A stretch of DNA of 64,000 nt. Origin: Clostridia bacterium (GTDB lineage: Bacteria; Bacillota; Clostridia; TANB77; CAG-465). A program made the translations under genes and the position numbers. The notes beneath the pieces were generated by a model. The model made no database searches, was not told the origin of the DNA, and saw nothing but the letters and a program-made list of their open reading frames with translations. The number at the start of each line of letters is the position of its first letter. Position 1 is the first letter of the stretch. Location of the stretch: NCBI GenBank assembly GCA_028684095.1, contig JAQUGQ010000007.1, positions 13,489 through 77,488 on the forward strand, written 5' to 3'. Positions 36,552 to 47,144 of this stretch are shown in pieces.

Positions 36552-37622
36552 CTAATTTTTTATATCACTATCTACATTTTCTATTAATTCAAAATTTACT
36601 TTATAATTGCTAGGTGCAAGTTGAACATATGTAATTCCATCATTTAACACTATTTCTTTGTTATCTATATCTAGCCATAATGTCTTTGATTTAGCAGATT
36701 CTTTTTTCCATGTTATATCAATATATTTACCATTTGTAATATAATATCCTTTACCAGTACCTATATTTTCAAGCTCTTGTCTACCTTTAGTCTCAACATC
36801 TGGCAGATTATAATTTTTCACATACATTATAATTATATTTTTAGCATAATATTGTTTGCCTGTCTCTCTATCTTTATCTAAAATTTCTCTCATACTTCTA
36901 TAAAATACTTTTTCAGTTTCATCATATTTATATGATACATTATGTAAGTCTGAATATTTTATTTTAAGACCACTTATTGTAATTCCTTTTTCAAGGGTAA
37001 ATTCATCTATGCTATAATTATATATAGGAGTATCATTCTCATAATCTATATAATTTTTACTAATTGCTGTTTTTTTTATATTTTCTATACTTGAAAATGC
37101 ATTATGATATCCGCCACCAACGCGCCAGAAATAATTATCATATATTCCATTTATATTATTTACATTATATGAACTAATTGTTGTTTGTGCTTTAGGACTC
37201 CATCCAAAATGAGTAAATATAGCATTATGTTCCATAGCATAATGTATAAAATAATGTCTTGCGCTTCTTATAGGACCAATCTTAGCAGTACTCTTATTTT
37301 TAAACAAAGCTACCATTCTTGTCTCTCCACCTTCGATTATCATTTCATATATCATATATGCATCTTGTAACCCAGAATGTGGCCAAGCAGGTTTCTCATT
37401 ATCGATCATAACTGCTATAGGTCTATCGTATCCCGTATATACCTGTAATTTTTTTATTTCTTTTACTTCTTTAACTACTTCCTCAATTTTATTTATTTCT
37501 TGATATTTTAGATCACTATTAGCTTTATTCGTCTTAACATATCTATTATAATAAATATATACAAGTACTGATGATAATACTATTAATAATATTAATATAT
37601 ATGTAATTTTTCTTTTTTTCAT
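36552..37622 (-). CDS. DUF3048/YerB-like exported protein
   Basis: 356 aa. N-terminal TM/signal. PIAVMIDNEKPAWPHSGLQDAYMIYEMIIEGGETRMVALF matches my memory of the DUF3048 core. Confidence 0.6.
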   Translation of the reverse strand: MKKRKITYILILLIVLSSVLVYIYYNRYVKTNKANSDLKYQEINKIEEVVKEVKEIKKLQVYTGYDRPIAVMIDNEKPAWPHSGLQDAYMIYEMIIEGGETRMVALFKNKSTAKIGPIRSARHYFIHYAMEHNAIFTHFGWSPKAQTTISSYNVNNINGIYDNYFWRVGGGYHNAFSSIENIKKTAISKNYIDYENDTPIYNYSIDEFTLEKGITISGLKIKYSDLHNVSYKYDETEKVFYRSMREILDKDRETGKQYYAKNIIIMYVKNYNLPDVETKGRQELENIGTGKGYYITNGKYIDITWKKESAKSKTLWLDIDNKEIVLNDGITYVQLAPSNYKVNFELIENVDSDIKN

Positions 37623-38023
37623 AGAATTAACCCTCTTTTCAATAAAATCCTATTTACTTTTATTCCAACTATCTTTTTTAATCTAATCATAATATAGCAT
37701 TTTTTAGCTCCATAAGAGTTTCTAAATTTATTTTAGTAGCCATATTTTCCTCCTTAGTAATTTATATATATATAAATTAGGATAATTATACAATATAATA
37801 AAATTTTATACAATAATAATAATGATAATAATTTTTAATTAATTTTTATATAACTGTTTAAATTTTATATTTTAGTTATGTAAATAAATATTTATTTCTA
37901 TTATATAGTTGTTTTTATTACCTCATTAAATAACCTATATTATAATATATATTAGCATAAAAATAACCTACAAACAAACTGAAGTAAGTTTTACCTTTCT
38001 TCAAAAACATTTGTAGATTCATA

Positions 38024-38113
38024 TGGCGGAGAATGAGGGGTTCGAACCCTCGCATACCTTACGGCATCTAACAGTTTAGCAAACTGCCCCCTTAACCACT
38101 TGGGTAACTCTCC
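38024..38113 (-). tRNA. tRNA-Ser (anticodon GCU)
   Basis: The rc reads GGAGAGTTACCCAAGTGG...CAGTTTGCTAAACTG...long variable arm...GGGTTCGAACCCCTCATTCTCCGCCA. 90 nt with encoded CCA. Confidence 0.95.
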
Positions 38114-38170
38114 TTGTAAAAATGTTATATATATTAATAAGCGAAAATAATAATATTTCCGCTTAAAATT

Positions 38171-38259
38171 TGGCGGAGGAGGTAGGATTTGAACCCACGG
38201 TACCTTACGATATCACTAGTTTTCAAGACTAGCTCCATAAACCACTCGGACACTCCTCC
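38171..38259 (-). tRNA. tRNA-Ser (anticodon UGA)
   Basis: The rc reads GGAGGAGTGTCCGAGTGG...CTAGTCTTGAAAACTAG...variable arm...GGGTTCAAATCCTACCTCCTCCGCCA. 89 nt with encoded CCA. Confidence 0.95.
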
Positions 38260-38277
38260 ATACATGGTACGTTTATA

Positions 38278-38305
38278 ATTATATCATTTTTTTGCAATTT
38301 GTCAA
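38278..38305 (-). promoter_or_regulatory. near-consensus sigma-A promoter for the tRNA-Ser pair
   Basis: On the minus strand: TTGACA (38305-38300), 16-nt spacer, TATAAT (38283-38278). About 20 nt upstream of the tRNA 5' end. Confidence 0.6.
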
Positions 38306-38374
38306 GTATTTTTTAATATTTATATAAAATTATTAAAAAAATTACATAGTATAAATTTACCATTTAATTTTTAT

Positions 38375-39259
38375 TTACATCCTTATTTTTAATTTAGAAA
38401 GTAAACTCTCTAATCCTTCTTCATCATTATATTCAATAACAAGTTTTTGATGAGATTTAGTTGTCTCTAATTTTACTTTGTAACCAAAGTAATCTTTTAA
38501 CTTATTTTCAATTTTTTGATAATATATATTCTTAGGTTGTTTTTTTTCTTTATTTCTAGTATAATCTTCAGATCCATAAATTAATTTTTCTACATCTCTT
38601 ACTGTTAACTTTCTTTCTACTATTTTTTCTACTATTTCTAATTGTTTATTATAATCTTCTATTACAAGTAATGCTCTAGCATGTCCTTCTACAATCTTTC
38701 CGTCCATTAAATAATCCAATATTTTATCTTGTAATTTAAGAAGTCTCATTATATTTGAAACAGTAGACACATTCTTACCAGTTATTTTAGCAACTTCAGA
38801 TTGTGAATATCCATCAATATCCATTAATTCTTTGATTGCTTTTGCTATTTCAACTATATTTAAATCTTCTCTTTGTATATTTTCAATTAATGCTACTTGC
38901 TTTTTCTTAGTATCTGTATAATCTTTTATTATTGCTGGAATTGCTTTAAGTCCTGCCATCTTAGCAGCTCTCCATCTTCTTTCACCAGCAACTATAGTAA
39001 ATCCTGTATCATCTTTTACAACTAATATAGGTTGTAATACACCATTTTCTTTTATCGAATCAGCGAGTTCTTCTAATTTTTCTTTATCAAAAACTTTTCT
39101 TGGTTGATTGAGCATAGGTTCAACTTCTGTAATATTAAGTTCAACTACTTTATCTAACTCTTTATGCACTTTTTCCTTAGATGCATGTGTTACCTTTTCT
39201 AATTCTAAGCCATCTTCTCCAAAGAAAACATTTAAACCTCTTCCTAAACCTTTTGACAT
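38375..39259 (-). CDS. parB: chromosome partitioning protein ParB/Spo0J
   Basis: 294 aa. Motifs GLGRGLNVFF, NQPRKVFDKEKLEELADSIKENGVLQPILV and AGERRWRAAKMAG. Confidence 0.93.
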   Translation of the reverse strand: MSKGLGRGLNVFFGEDGLELEKVTHASKEKVHKELDKVVELNITEVEPMLNQPRKVFDKEKLEELADSIKENGVLQPILVVKDDTGFTIVAGERRWRAAKMAGLKAIPAIIKDYTDTKKKQVALIENIQREDLNIVEIAKAIKELMDIDGYSQSEVAKITGKNVSTVSNIMRLLKLQDKILDYLMDGKIVEGHARALLVIEDYNKQLEIVEKIVERKLTVRDVEKLIYGSEDYTRNKEKKQPKNIYYQKIENKLKDYFGYKVKLETTKSHQKLVIEYNDEEGLESLLSKLKIRM

Positions 39260-39260
39260 A

Positions 39261-40034
39261 TTATTTTACCCCCTTTTCATTAAGAGCGAGTAACTCTTTA
39301 GCTAATTTTTTATATGTTTCTGCACCTTTACAATCTTTGTCATACAATGTAATTGGAAGTCCATGACTCGGAGCTTCACTTAATCTTATATTTCTAGGTA
39401 TAATTGTTTGAAAAACTTTATTACCGAAATATTTTTCAACTTCTATAGCAACTTCACTAGATAAATTAGTTCTTGCATCAAACATTGTAAGTATAACACC
39501 TTCTACAATTAATTCTTGGTTTAAATGCATTTGTACTAGTTTGATTGTATTAATAAGTTGTCCTAATCCTTCTAATGCATAGTATTCACATTGAATTGGT
39601 ACAAGAACACTATCTGAAGCAGTAAAAGCATTTAAAGTTATAAGTCCAAGTGATGGGGGACAGTCTATTATAACATAATCATACTTGTCCTTAACACTAT
39701 CTATCGCTTTTTTTAATCTATTTTCTCTAGAAACCATAGAAACTAGTTCTATTTCTGCTCCTGCTAAATTAATATTAGCTGGGCATACATCTAATTTTTT
39801 TATCATAGTTCCTTGTATAGTTTCATCCATTGGTATACTATCTACAAGTACATTGTACACTGATTTATCTTGATGTGCTTCAACACCAATTCCACTAGTT
39901 GCATTACCTTGTGGATCTATATCTACAAGTAACACACGTTTTCCTTTTTCAGCTATACAGGCACTTAGATTTACGGCTGTTGTTGTCTTTCCAACTCCGC
40001 CTTTCTGATTAGCTATCGATATAACTTTTGCCAT
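39261..40034 (-). CDS. parA: chromosome partitioning ATPase ParA/Soj
   Basis: Start moved to ATG 40034 (SD GAGGTG). MAKVISIANQKGGVGKTTTAVNL is the deviant Walker A. Confidence 0.93.
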   Translation of the reverse strand: MAKVISIANQKGGVGKTTTAVNLSACIAEKGKRVLLVDIDPQGNATSGIGVEAHQDKSVYNVLVDSIPMDETIQGTMIKKLDVCPANINLAGAEIELVSMVSRENRLKKAIDSVKDKYDYVIIDCPPSLGLITLNAFTASDSVLVPIQCEYYALEGLGQLINTIKLVQMHLNQELIVEGVILTMFDARTNLSSEVAIEVEKYFGNKVFQTIIPRNIRLSEAPSHGLPITLYDKDCKGAETYKKLAKELLALNEKGVK

Positions 40035-40177
40035 TAGGGTCACCTCTCGTATATTATAATACATTTAGAAACAAAAAAAAAGAGTAATGACAAAATTTGT
40101 TGCTTTTTAAGTCATTTTCTCTTTAATTTATTTATAATTATCTTAAAACATCACCTTAAAATCAAAACATATGTTCT

Positions 40178-40924
40178 TTATAATGGTAACTTTTTAATTT
40201 TATCATAGCTTCTTGGATAAATTTTTGGAGTTCTATCAACTTTTTGTACTTCAAGAATACATCTTTTAAATATTTCTACATTATCTTTTTCATTAACTTC
40301 TAAATCATATTCATATTTATTTAATATTTTAATATTAAGCTTATTAAATGCAGTTCTAGATAAACTAATTTCTTGTTGAATATTATCACCTTTCATATAT
40401 AGACATTTTCCTTTTATTGTAACATATGGAGATGTACATTCACAAAGCACACTTAAAGATGCAACTGCTCTAGCAACTACTATATCATACTTTTCTCTAT
40501 ATATAATGTCGTTTGCCTTATCTTCTGCTCTACCATGTACTATAGTAATATTTTTTAAGTTTAATTCTTTTATCACTTCTTTTAAGAAAAGTAATCTTTT
40601 ATTTAATGAATCTAATAATGTTATATTTACTTTACCATCAAAAAATATTCCTATAACGACTCCAGGAAAACCTGCACCAGTTCCAACATCAATTATATTT
40701 TCATATTCTTTTATATATTTTGTACATTCTAAACTATCTATAAAATGTTTTACTATTATTTGATATTCATTTGTAATCGATGTTAAATTTATCTTTTCAT
40801 TCCATTCTATAAGCATATTCTTATATATTTGTAATTTTTCTAGTTTGTCATCATTAAGCTCAAAACCGTACTTTTTTGCTTCTAAATACAAATTTTCCTT
40901 AAATGCAATCTTCTCTTCTTTCAT
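40178..40924 (-). CDS. rsmG: 16S rRNA m7G527 methyltransferase RsmG (GidB)
   Basis: 248 aa. DVGTGAGFPGVV is the SAM motif. Conserved position after mnmG. Confidence 0.9.
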   Translation of the reverse strand: MKEEKIAFKENLYLEAKKYGFELNDDKLEKLQIYKNMLIEWNEKINLTSITNEYQIIVKHFIDSLECTKYIKEYENIIDVGTGAGFPGVVIGIFFDGKVNITLLDSLNKRLLFLKEVIKELNLKNITIVHGRAEDKANDIIYREKYDIVVARAVASLSVLCECTSPYVTIKGKCLYMKGDNIQQEISLSRTAFNKLNIKILNKYEYDLEVNEKDNVEIFKRCILEVQKVDRTPKIYPRSYDKIKKLPL

Positions 40925-40936
40925 ATGAAAACTCTC

Positions 40937-42829
40937 CTATCTTCTTTTTATTTGACTTAAATAAATTAAAAGTACTGATATATCAGCTGGGGATACCCCA
41001 GATATTCTAGATGCTTGCCCAACTGACAGTGGTTTCTGTTTATCAAGTTTTTGCCTTGCTTCTAAACATAATCCTTTGATTTTAGAATAATTAATATCTT
41101 GTGACAACTTTTTATTTTCAAGTTTCTTAAATTCTTCTATTTGAGAAAATTGTAATTTAATATATCCTTCATATTTTAAGTGTATTTCTACCTGTTCTGT
41201 AACATCTTTACTTAAATTTGGTTTTTCTTTGTCCAAAGCCATCAAATTATCGTATGATATTTCACTTCTTTTAATCAAATCACTTGCTCTATGACACACA
41301 TCTATCTCACTACTACCAAGTTTTCTAAATAATTCATTAGTTTCTTCGTTCGGATATATGTTTAATTTTTTAAGTCTTTCAATTTCACATTCTATCATTT
41401 CTCTTTTGATTTTAAATTTATTATATATTTTCTGTGAAATAAGACCTATATTATATCCTTTTTCTCTCAAACGTAAATCTGCATTATCTTGCCTTAAAGT
41501 AAGCCTATACTCAGCTCTAGACGTCATCATTCTATATGGTTCATTAGTCCCTTTTGTTACTAAATCATCTATTAATACTCCTATATATCCCTCAGATCTG
41601 TCTATTACAAAACTACCTTTATTATCTATCTTAAGACTAGCATTAATACCTGCCATAAGGCCTTGTACTGCAGCTTCTTCATAACCAGAACTTCCATTTA
41701 CTTGTCCTGCAAAAAACAAACCTTCTATACTTTTATACTCAAGATTTAAATTTAAGTTTATTGAATCAATTGCATCATATTCAATAGCATATGCCGGTCT
41801 CATTAGTGTTGCATTTTCTAGCCCTTGGACACTTCTATACATAGCTATTTGTATTTCTTCTGGCATAGATGAAGACATACCTTGTATGTACATTTCCGAT
41901 GTATCTTCCCCTAATGGTTCAATAAATATTTGATGTCTGTCTCTATCTCTAAATCTAACCACTTTGTCTTCTATAGATGGACAGTATCTAGGTCCTATAC
42001 CTTCTATTTGACCGCTATATAGTGGTGATCTATGAATATTGTCTAATATTATTTTATGTGTATTTTCATTGGTATATGTAAGATAACAGTTGACTTGATT
42101 TTTATTAATCATGTCAATATTATTAACATTTTCATATGAAAATAGACTAATCTCATTATCACCTTTTTGTATTTCCATTTTAGATAAATCCATTCTATTT
42201 ATATTTATTCTTGAAGGTGTACCAGTTTTAAATCTTCTAAGCTCAACACCAATATCTATTAAATTTTGTGATAAATCATTAGCAGGAAAAACCCCATCTG
42301 GACCACTTTCATAGGATATTTCTCCTATTATTATCTTACCTTTTAAATACGTTCCTGTCGCAACAATTATAGTCTTTGTATTGTATATTGCACCTATCAT
42401 TGTTTTTACTCCAATAGCTTTATCTTTTTTATCATTTGTTATTATTTCTACTATTTCAGCTTGATAAATATCTAAATTAGCTTGATTTTCTAATGTTTTT
42501 TTCATTTCAATATGATATTTTTTTCTATCTGACTGCATTCTAAGAGAATGAACTGCTGGACCTTTAGATTTATTTAACATTTTTGATTGTATAAATGTTT
42601 TATCAGCATTTTTTCCCATTTCTCCACCCAATGCATCTAATTCTTTCACTAAATGACCTTTGGATGTTCCACCAATACTCGGATTACATGGCATATTAGC
42701 TAATGTATCCATATTTATAATAAACATAGCGGTTTTTTTACCTAATCTACTTGTTGCCAATGCTGCTTCGCATCCTGCATGTCCACCACCTATTACAACT
42801 ACATCATATTCTCCTGCATTATAACTCAT
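40937..42829 (-). CDS. mnmG: tRNA uridine-5-carboxymethylaminomethyl modification enzyme MnmG (GidA)
   Basis: 630 aa. [16 protein letters not shown] is the FAD motif, plus [16 protein letters not shown]. Confidence 0.97.
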   Translation of the reverse strand: MSYNAGEYDVVVIGGGHAGCEAALATSRLGKKTAMFIINMDTLANMPCNPSIGGTSKGHLVKELDALGGEMGKNADKTFIQSKMLNKSKGPAVHSLRMQSDRKKYHIEMKKTLENQANLDIYQAEIVEIITNDKKDKAIGVKTMIGAIYNTKTIIVATGTYLKGKIIIGEISYESGPDGVFPANDLSQNLIDIGVELRRFKTGTPSRININRMDLSKMEIQKGDNEISLFSYENVNNIDMINKNQVNCYLTYTNENTHKIILDNIHRSPLYSGQIEGIGPRYCPSIEDKVVRFRDRDRHQIFIEPLGEDTSEMYIQGMSSSMPEEIQIAMYRSVQGLENATLMRPAYAIEYDAIDSINLNLNLEYKSIEGLFFAGQVNGSSGYEEAAVQGLMAGINASLKIDNKGSFVIDRSEGYIGVLIDDLVTKGTNEPYRMMTSRAEYRLTLRQDNADLRLREKGYNIGLISQKIYNKFKIKREMIECEIERLKKLNIYPNEETNELFRKLGSSEIDVCHRASDLIKRSEISYDNLMALDKEKPNLSKDVTEQVEIHLKYEGYIKLQFSQIEEFKKLENKKLSQDINYSKIKGLCLEARQKLDKQKPLSVGQASRISGVSPADISVLLIYLSQIKRR

Positions 42830-42837
42830 ATTTTTCC

Positions 42838-44208
42838 CTACTTTCCTAAACAGAACTTTGTAAATATTTTATCTACTATATCTTGTGATACATCGTTTCC
42901 TATTATTTCTCCTAATTTTTTTGCACTTTCTTTAATTTGAATAGATATTATGTCTACTGGCATATCATTTATCACATCTTTTTTAGCATTCTTTAAATAT
43001 TCAATAGATTTTTCTAATAGTTTCTTATGTCTTTCATTAACTATCATAACTTCATTTACACTATTTAAATTATCATCAAAGAACATTGATATAATTTTTC
43101 TTTTTAATTCATCTATGCCTTTATTTTCATAAACAGAAATGTTAATAGTATCATTTATATTATTTTCACTTAATTTAAGCGTAAAGGTATCAAAAATCGA
43201 TTTTATATACTTGTCCATCTTATTTATCACAACTATATATTTTATTCCTTTATTTTTGATTTTAGAGATCATATCTATATCTTCTTTTGAAAGATTATCA
43301 TCTGCATTTAAAATATATATAACCAAATCTACCTCGTCTATTTTTTTTATACTTTTTGAAACACCTATTTTTTCTATTATGTCCTCTGTGTCTCTAATAC
43401 CTGCAGTATCTGAAATATTTAAAATAATATCACCTATGTTTACTGTTTCTTCTACTATATCTCTAGTTGTACCCGCAATATCAGTTACAATTACTCTTTC
43501 ATACTTAGCTAAATTATTTAAAAGTGATGATTTGCCTACATTAGGTCTACCTAATATAGCAACATTTATTCCATTTTTTATATATTTTCCCTCTTCATAT
43601 GAATCTAATAGCTTAGTTATCTCAAATATTTCTAATTCAAGTAAATTTAAAACATGAATATTATCAACTTCAACATTATCGTATTCTGGGTAATCAATAC
43701 TAACTTCTACTTGAGCAAGTATTTCAATTAACTTTTCTCTTAAACTTACAATCTTTTTGAATAACTGACCATCTAATTGTTCAATTGCTATTCTTGCTTC
43801 AGTTTTTGTCTTAGCATTTATTAAATCTATAATGCCCTCCGCTTCAGATAAATCCATTTTTCCATTTAAAAATGCTCTTTTAGAAAATTCTCCAGGAGTT
43901 GCTATTTCTGCTCCATTTCTAACAACTAAATTTAATATTTCCTTTGTTATATATGATCCTCCATGACAATTTATTTCACAAATATCTTCACCTGTAAAAG
44001 AATTTGGAGCTTTAAAATATGATATCAAAACATTATCAACAAATGATCCATTATCAATTAATTTTCCATATATAATACTATTTGGTGATAATTTCGAATA
44101 ATTATTAAATAAATTTTTGATAATATTTAGACTATTTTCACCACTAAGTCTAATTATGTTTATTCCACTTGTTCCAAGTGATGTTCCTATTGCTGTTATT
44201 GTTGACAT
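42838..44208 (-). CDS. mnmE: tRNA modification GTPase MnmE (TrmE)
   Basis: 456 aa. G1 [12 protein letters not shown] and G3 DTAGIR. C-terminal FCLGK. Confidence 0.97.
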   Translation of the reverse strand: MSTITAIGTSLGTSGINIIRLSGENSLNIIKNLFNNYSKLSPNSIIYGKLIDNGSFVDNVLISYFKAPNSFTGEDICEINCHGGSYITKEILNLVVRNGAEIATPGEFSKRAFLNGKMDLSEAEGIIDLINAKTKTEARIAIEQLDGQLFKKIVSLREKLIEILAQVEVSIDYPEYDNVEVDNIHVLNLLELEIFEITKLLDSYEEGKYIKNGINVAILGRPNVGKSSLLNNLAKYERVIVTDIAGTTRDIVEETVNIGDIILNISDTAGIRDTEDIIEKIGVSKSIKKIDEVDLVIYILNADDNLSKEDIDMISKIKNKGIKYIVVINKMDKYIKSIFDTFTLKLSENNINDTINISVYENKGIDELKRKIISMFFDDNLNSVNEVMIVNERHKKLLEKSIEYLKNAKKDVINDMPVDIISIQIKESAKKLGEIIGNDVSQDIVDKIFTKFCLGK

Positions 44209-44278
44209 AATATCTTTCCTTTCCTATTAAAAAACCAGCTTTCATGCTGATTTTTATTAATTCATCTTTAATTTTATG

Positions 44279-44938
44279 TTAATTATTAAGTTTTTTCTTT
44301 ATAACAAGTAATCTTCTTGGCTCTTCTCCATAACTTTCTGTTATAACATCATTTCTAGAAGATAATTCTTGATGAACAATCATTCTTTCATATGCAGACA
44401 TCGGCTCTAATTTAATTGATTTGCTAAATTTATTAACATTATCTGCCATCTTATTAGCATAAATTTTTAATTTATCTTCTTTTTCTTTTTTATAATCATT
44501 TATTTCAACAAAAACTTTAGAATATTCTTCTTCTCCTTTTTGTAACATTGCATTAAGTATTGATTGTATAGCTTCTATAGTTTTACCTCTATATCCAATT
44601 AAATGTTTTGGATCATCAAGTTCCAATTTAACAATAACTTTTTTACTATCTCCTGTACAAGTATGTTTTATATTACTTTCTCCAGTTATTTTAAATATAT
44701 CACTTAATACATTGTCTATTTTCTCTTGAGTTGCTATTAAAACATCTTCTGTTACTTTTTTATCAACAATTAATTTTACTTTTGCTAACTTTTGTGAAAG
44801 CATACCAAGTATCCCACCTGATTTAGGTTCTTCTAATATCTCAATAATAACATCATCTCTTGCAACTTTAAGTTCTTCTAAACCTTTTCTAACCGCTTCT
44901 TCTATTGTTTTACCTACTTGTTCAGTTGTTCTTTTCAT
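44279..44938 (-). CDS. jag: RNA-binding protein Jag/KhpB (Jag-N, KH, R3H)
   Basis: 219 aa. KH-like GYRGKTIEAIQ. R3H-like C-terminus MSAYERMIVHQEL...ESYGEEPRR. Confidence 0.88.
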   Translation of the reverse strand: MKRTTEQVGKTIEEAVRKGLEELKVARDDVIIEILEEPKSGGILGMLSQKLAKVKLIVDKKVTEDVLIATQEKIDNVLSDIFKITGESNIKHTCTGDSKKVIVKLELDDPKHLIGYRGKTIEAIQSILNAMLQKGEEEYSKVFVEINDYKKEKEDKLKIYANKMADNVNKFSKSIKLEPMSAYERMIVHQELSSRNDVITESYGEEPRRLLVIKKKLNN

Positions 44939-45786
44939 TACTTTTTTCCTCCCTTATCTGAATCTAATAAAAAATTAACATCATCTTTTTTGTGTTCTTC
45001 TATTAATTTAGATATAACAGACTGCTGAGCTATTTGATACATACTACTTATCAACCAATATATTCCTAATGCTAAAGGCATTGTGTAAGCTATAAATCCA
45101 GAAAGAATAGGCATCATAAGGCTCATAGATTTTTGCATTTGCTTTTGTTCATCTGTCATTTCAGTACTATTTTGCATTTGTTTTATTTGATAAATTGAAA
45201 ATAATACACTAAGAATAGGTATTATAAGTGATAATGGATTTGTATTGTTTTCATCCTTTGAAGAAAACACATCTGAAGGTTTATGCCCTAAATTAAGTCC
45301 AATAAAATTCATATCTATTAGTTTATTATTATTAGCAATTACTATTTCAGAAGTATTCATTTCTGTTTTTGAAACCTCTTCTTTATTTAATAATTGTTTA
45401 GTATATATTTCAATTTCATCTTTTGGAAGTTGTATTACGTATGTTAAGGGTTGATTAACTATATAAAACATTCCAAGTATAAGTGGTAATTGTATTAAAA
45501 TCGGTAAGCAACCACCTAATGGATTAATTTTATGTTCACTGTATAATTTAGTTATTTCTTCACCTTGTTTTGTTTTATCATTTTTGTATTTTTTTATTAT
45601 TTCATCATATTTTGGCTTTACCTTCTGCATTTCTTTACTAGATTTCATCTGCTTTAAAGAAAGAGGAAATAATAAAGTTTTTGCTAGTATTGTGAAAAGT
45701 ATTATAGATAGTGCATAATTATCTTGTGTTAAATTATATATAACTCTAATAATAGCACCAAATATGTTGGCTATCATTTCTATCAT
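44938..45786 (-). CDS. yidC: membrane protein insertase YidC/SpoIIIJ
   Basis: 282 aa. Motifs SIILFTILAKTLLFPLSLKQMKS, NPLGGCLPILIQLP and ALGIYW. Confidence 0.93.
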   Translation of the reverse strand: MIEMIANIFGAIIRVIYNLTQDNYALSIILFTILAKTLLFPLSLKQMKSSKEMQKVKPKYDEIIKKYKNDKTKQGEEITKLYSEHKINPLGGCLPILIQLPLILGMFYIVNQPLTYVIQLPKDEIEIYTKQLLNKEEVSKTEMNTSEIVIANNNKLIDMNFIGLNLGHKPSDVFSSKDENNTNPLSLIIPILSVLFSIYQIKQMQNSTEMTDEQKQMQKSMSLMMPILSGFIAYTMPLALGIYWLISSMYQIAQQSVISKLIEEHKKDDVNFLLDSDKGGKK

Positions 45787-45810
45787 AAATTTTCTCCTAT
45801 ATTTTAAAGG

Positions 45811-46053
45811 TTATTTCAAGTAATCTATTCCACCTTTTGAAAATGGATTACATCTTAATATTCTCATAAATCCTATTATACTACCTATTATAAGGCCATA
45901 TTTTAAGATCGCTTTTTTTGTATATTCAGAACAAGTTGGATAAAAAACACATCTTTTCCCAAAAGAATTAGAAATGTACTTTTGATAAAAATTAATTAAC
46001 AAAATTCCTAAATTTCTAGGTAAATGTAATATTTTTGTAATTATTTTAATCAT
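45811..46053 (-). CDS. yidD: membrane protein insertion efficiency factor YidD
   Basis: 80 aa. YQKYIS...CVFYPTCSEY and RCNPFSKGGIDY. Confidence 0.9.
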   Translation of the reverse strand: MIKIITKILHLPRNLGILLINFYQKYISNSFGKRCVFYPTCSEYTKKAILKYGLIIGSIIGFMRILRCNPFSKGGIDYLK

Positions 46054-46055
46054 AA

Positions 46056-46400
46056 TTATACCTCATAGATATTTAATTTTTCGAATGCTTTTACTATATT
46101 ATCTTTAAGTTTATAATAATCTACATCTTCAATTTTAGTTTCTTTTCTATACATAACCACTAAAGTTAAACCTTTTTTAAGCTTACACTCTTCTGTTTTA
46201 TATATCTCTCTAATCCATCTTTTCATTTTATTTCTATGTACACTTATTCCATTTTTTTTTGAAACACATATACCTAGTACATTAGTAGATTTGCTATTTT
46301 TAATAAAATATACAACTAAATATTTTTCTCTTGAAAATTTCCCTTTTTTTATAAGATACCTGAAGGTACCCTTTTTTTTTATACTACTTGTATATTTCAC
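46056..46400 (-). CDS. rnpA: RNase P protein component
   Basis: 114 aa, basic. GISVHRNKMKRWIRE is the RNR-like motif. Conserved rpmH-rnpA order. GTG start. Confidence 0.9.
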   Translation of the reverse strand: MKYTSSIKKKGTFRYLIKKGKFSREKYLVVYFIKNSKSTNVLGICVSKKNGISVHRNKMKRWIREIYKTEECKLKKGLTLVVMYRKETKIEDVDYYKLKDNIVKAFEKLNIYEV

Positions 46401-46456
46401 TTATTCACCTCACCTAATGCAAATAAGTGGATATGAAAACATACCCACTTACATTT

Positions 46457-46591
46457 TTAAGCACATAGTACTTTTCTTCCTTTTGCTCTTCTTCTTTTTA
46501 ATATTGCTCTTCCAGCAGCTGTCTTCATTCTTTTTCTAAAGCCATGAACTTTTGCTCTTTGTATTGTTTTTGGATTAAATGTTGTATTCAC
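46457..46591 (-). CDS. rpmH: 50S ribosomal protein L34
   Basis: Below ORF-track cutoff. GTG start behind GGAGGTGCC. Translation is [44 protein letters not shown]. Confidence 0.93.
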   Translation of the reverse strand: MNTTFNPKTIQRAKVHGFRKRMKTAAGRAILKRRRAKGRKVLCA

Positions 46592-46898
46592 TATTGGCAC
46601 CTCCCTATGCGATAATATATTTTATACATTTTTAAATAAACTTTAATATAAATATTTTTTATTAAAGCTAACACAAAATATGTTATTTTAATATTAATAC
46701 AAACATTATACACTATTTTGTTTATTTTGTCAAACATTTTTATAACTTTAAAGTAAAAAATAAAAGAAATTATATAAATTGATTTAATTTGTTTAATTTA
46801 CACTAAATTTTTAATATAAAATCTCACCTTTTTTCTTTATTCATGTACCTACTATTTTTTATCATTTTAAAAAATGAAAAGCACATAATTTTTATATA

Positions 46899-46905
46899 TT
46901 TCGAC
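46899..46905 (-). promoter_or_regulatory. candidate Spo0A box in the rpmH-dnaA intergenic region
   Basis: TTCGACA (rc TGTCGAA) at 46899-46905. Confidence 0.3.
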
Positions 46906-47021
46906 ATTTCAAAAATTATAAAAGATATTTTAATCAATTTAATGAAAATGCTTGAATTTTCATTAAATTAGTGGTATATTATATTTATAAATTTTAAATT
47001 GATTTTTCACATATTTCACAG

Positions 47022-47109
47022 TAATCCACAGAAATTATGTAAAATGATTACTCGTATAGTCTTAATTTGTCGAAAAGTTATCCACAGGTGTGGATAACTT
47101 TGTGGATAA
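47022..47109. promoter_or_regulatory. DnaA-box cluster upstream of dnaA (oriC left part / dnaA autoregulation)
   Basis: TAATCCACA 47022-47030 (1 mismatch). Perfect TTATCCACA at 47078-47086. Perfect TGTGGATAA at 47089-47097 and 47101-47109. TGTCGAA (0A box) at 47068-47074 abuts the first perfect box. Confidence 0.9.
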
Positions 47110-47144
47110 CTTTATGAAAACATTAGTTTTAGAAAGGTGGTTTT

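Noticed and set aside
38375-40064. Looked for a canonical parS site (TGTTNCACGTGAAACA) in and around parB/parA
   Set aside because: None was spotted by eye. The only CACGTG-type palindromes seen (for example within the catalase gene at about 30066 and at 53214-53230) do not match parS. Absence is not proven without a pattern search.
43139-43657. 172-aa ORF antisense to mnmE (and similar antisense ORFs at 42950-43132, 41358-41684, 42111-42314 and 40506-40763)
   Set aside because: These are shadow ORFs within well-supported genes, with low-complexity F/I/L/S-rich translations.
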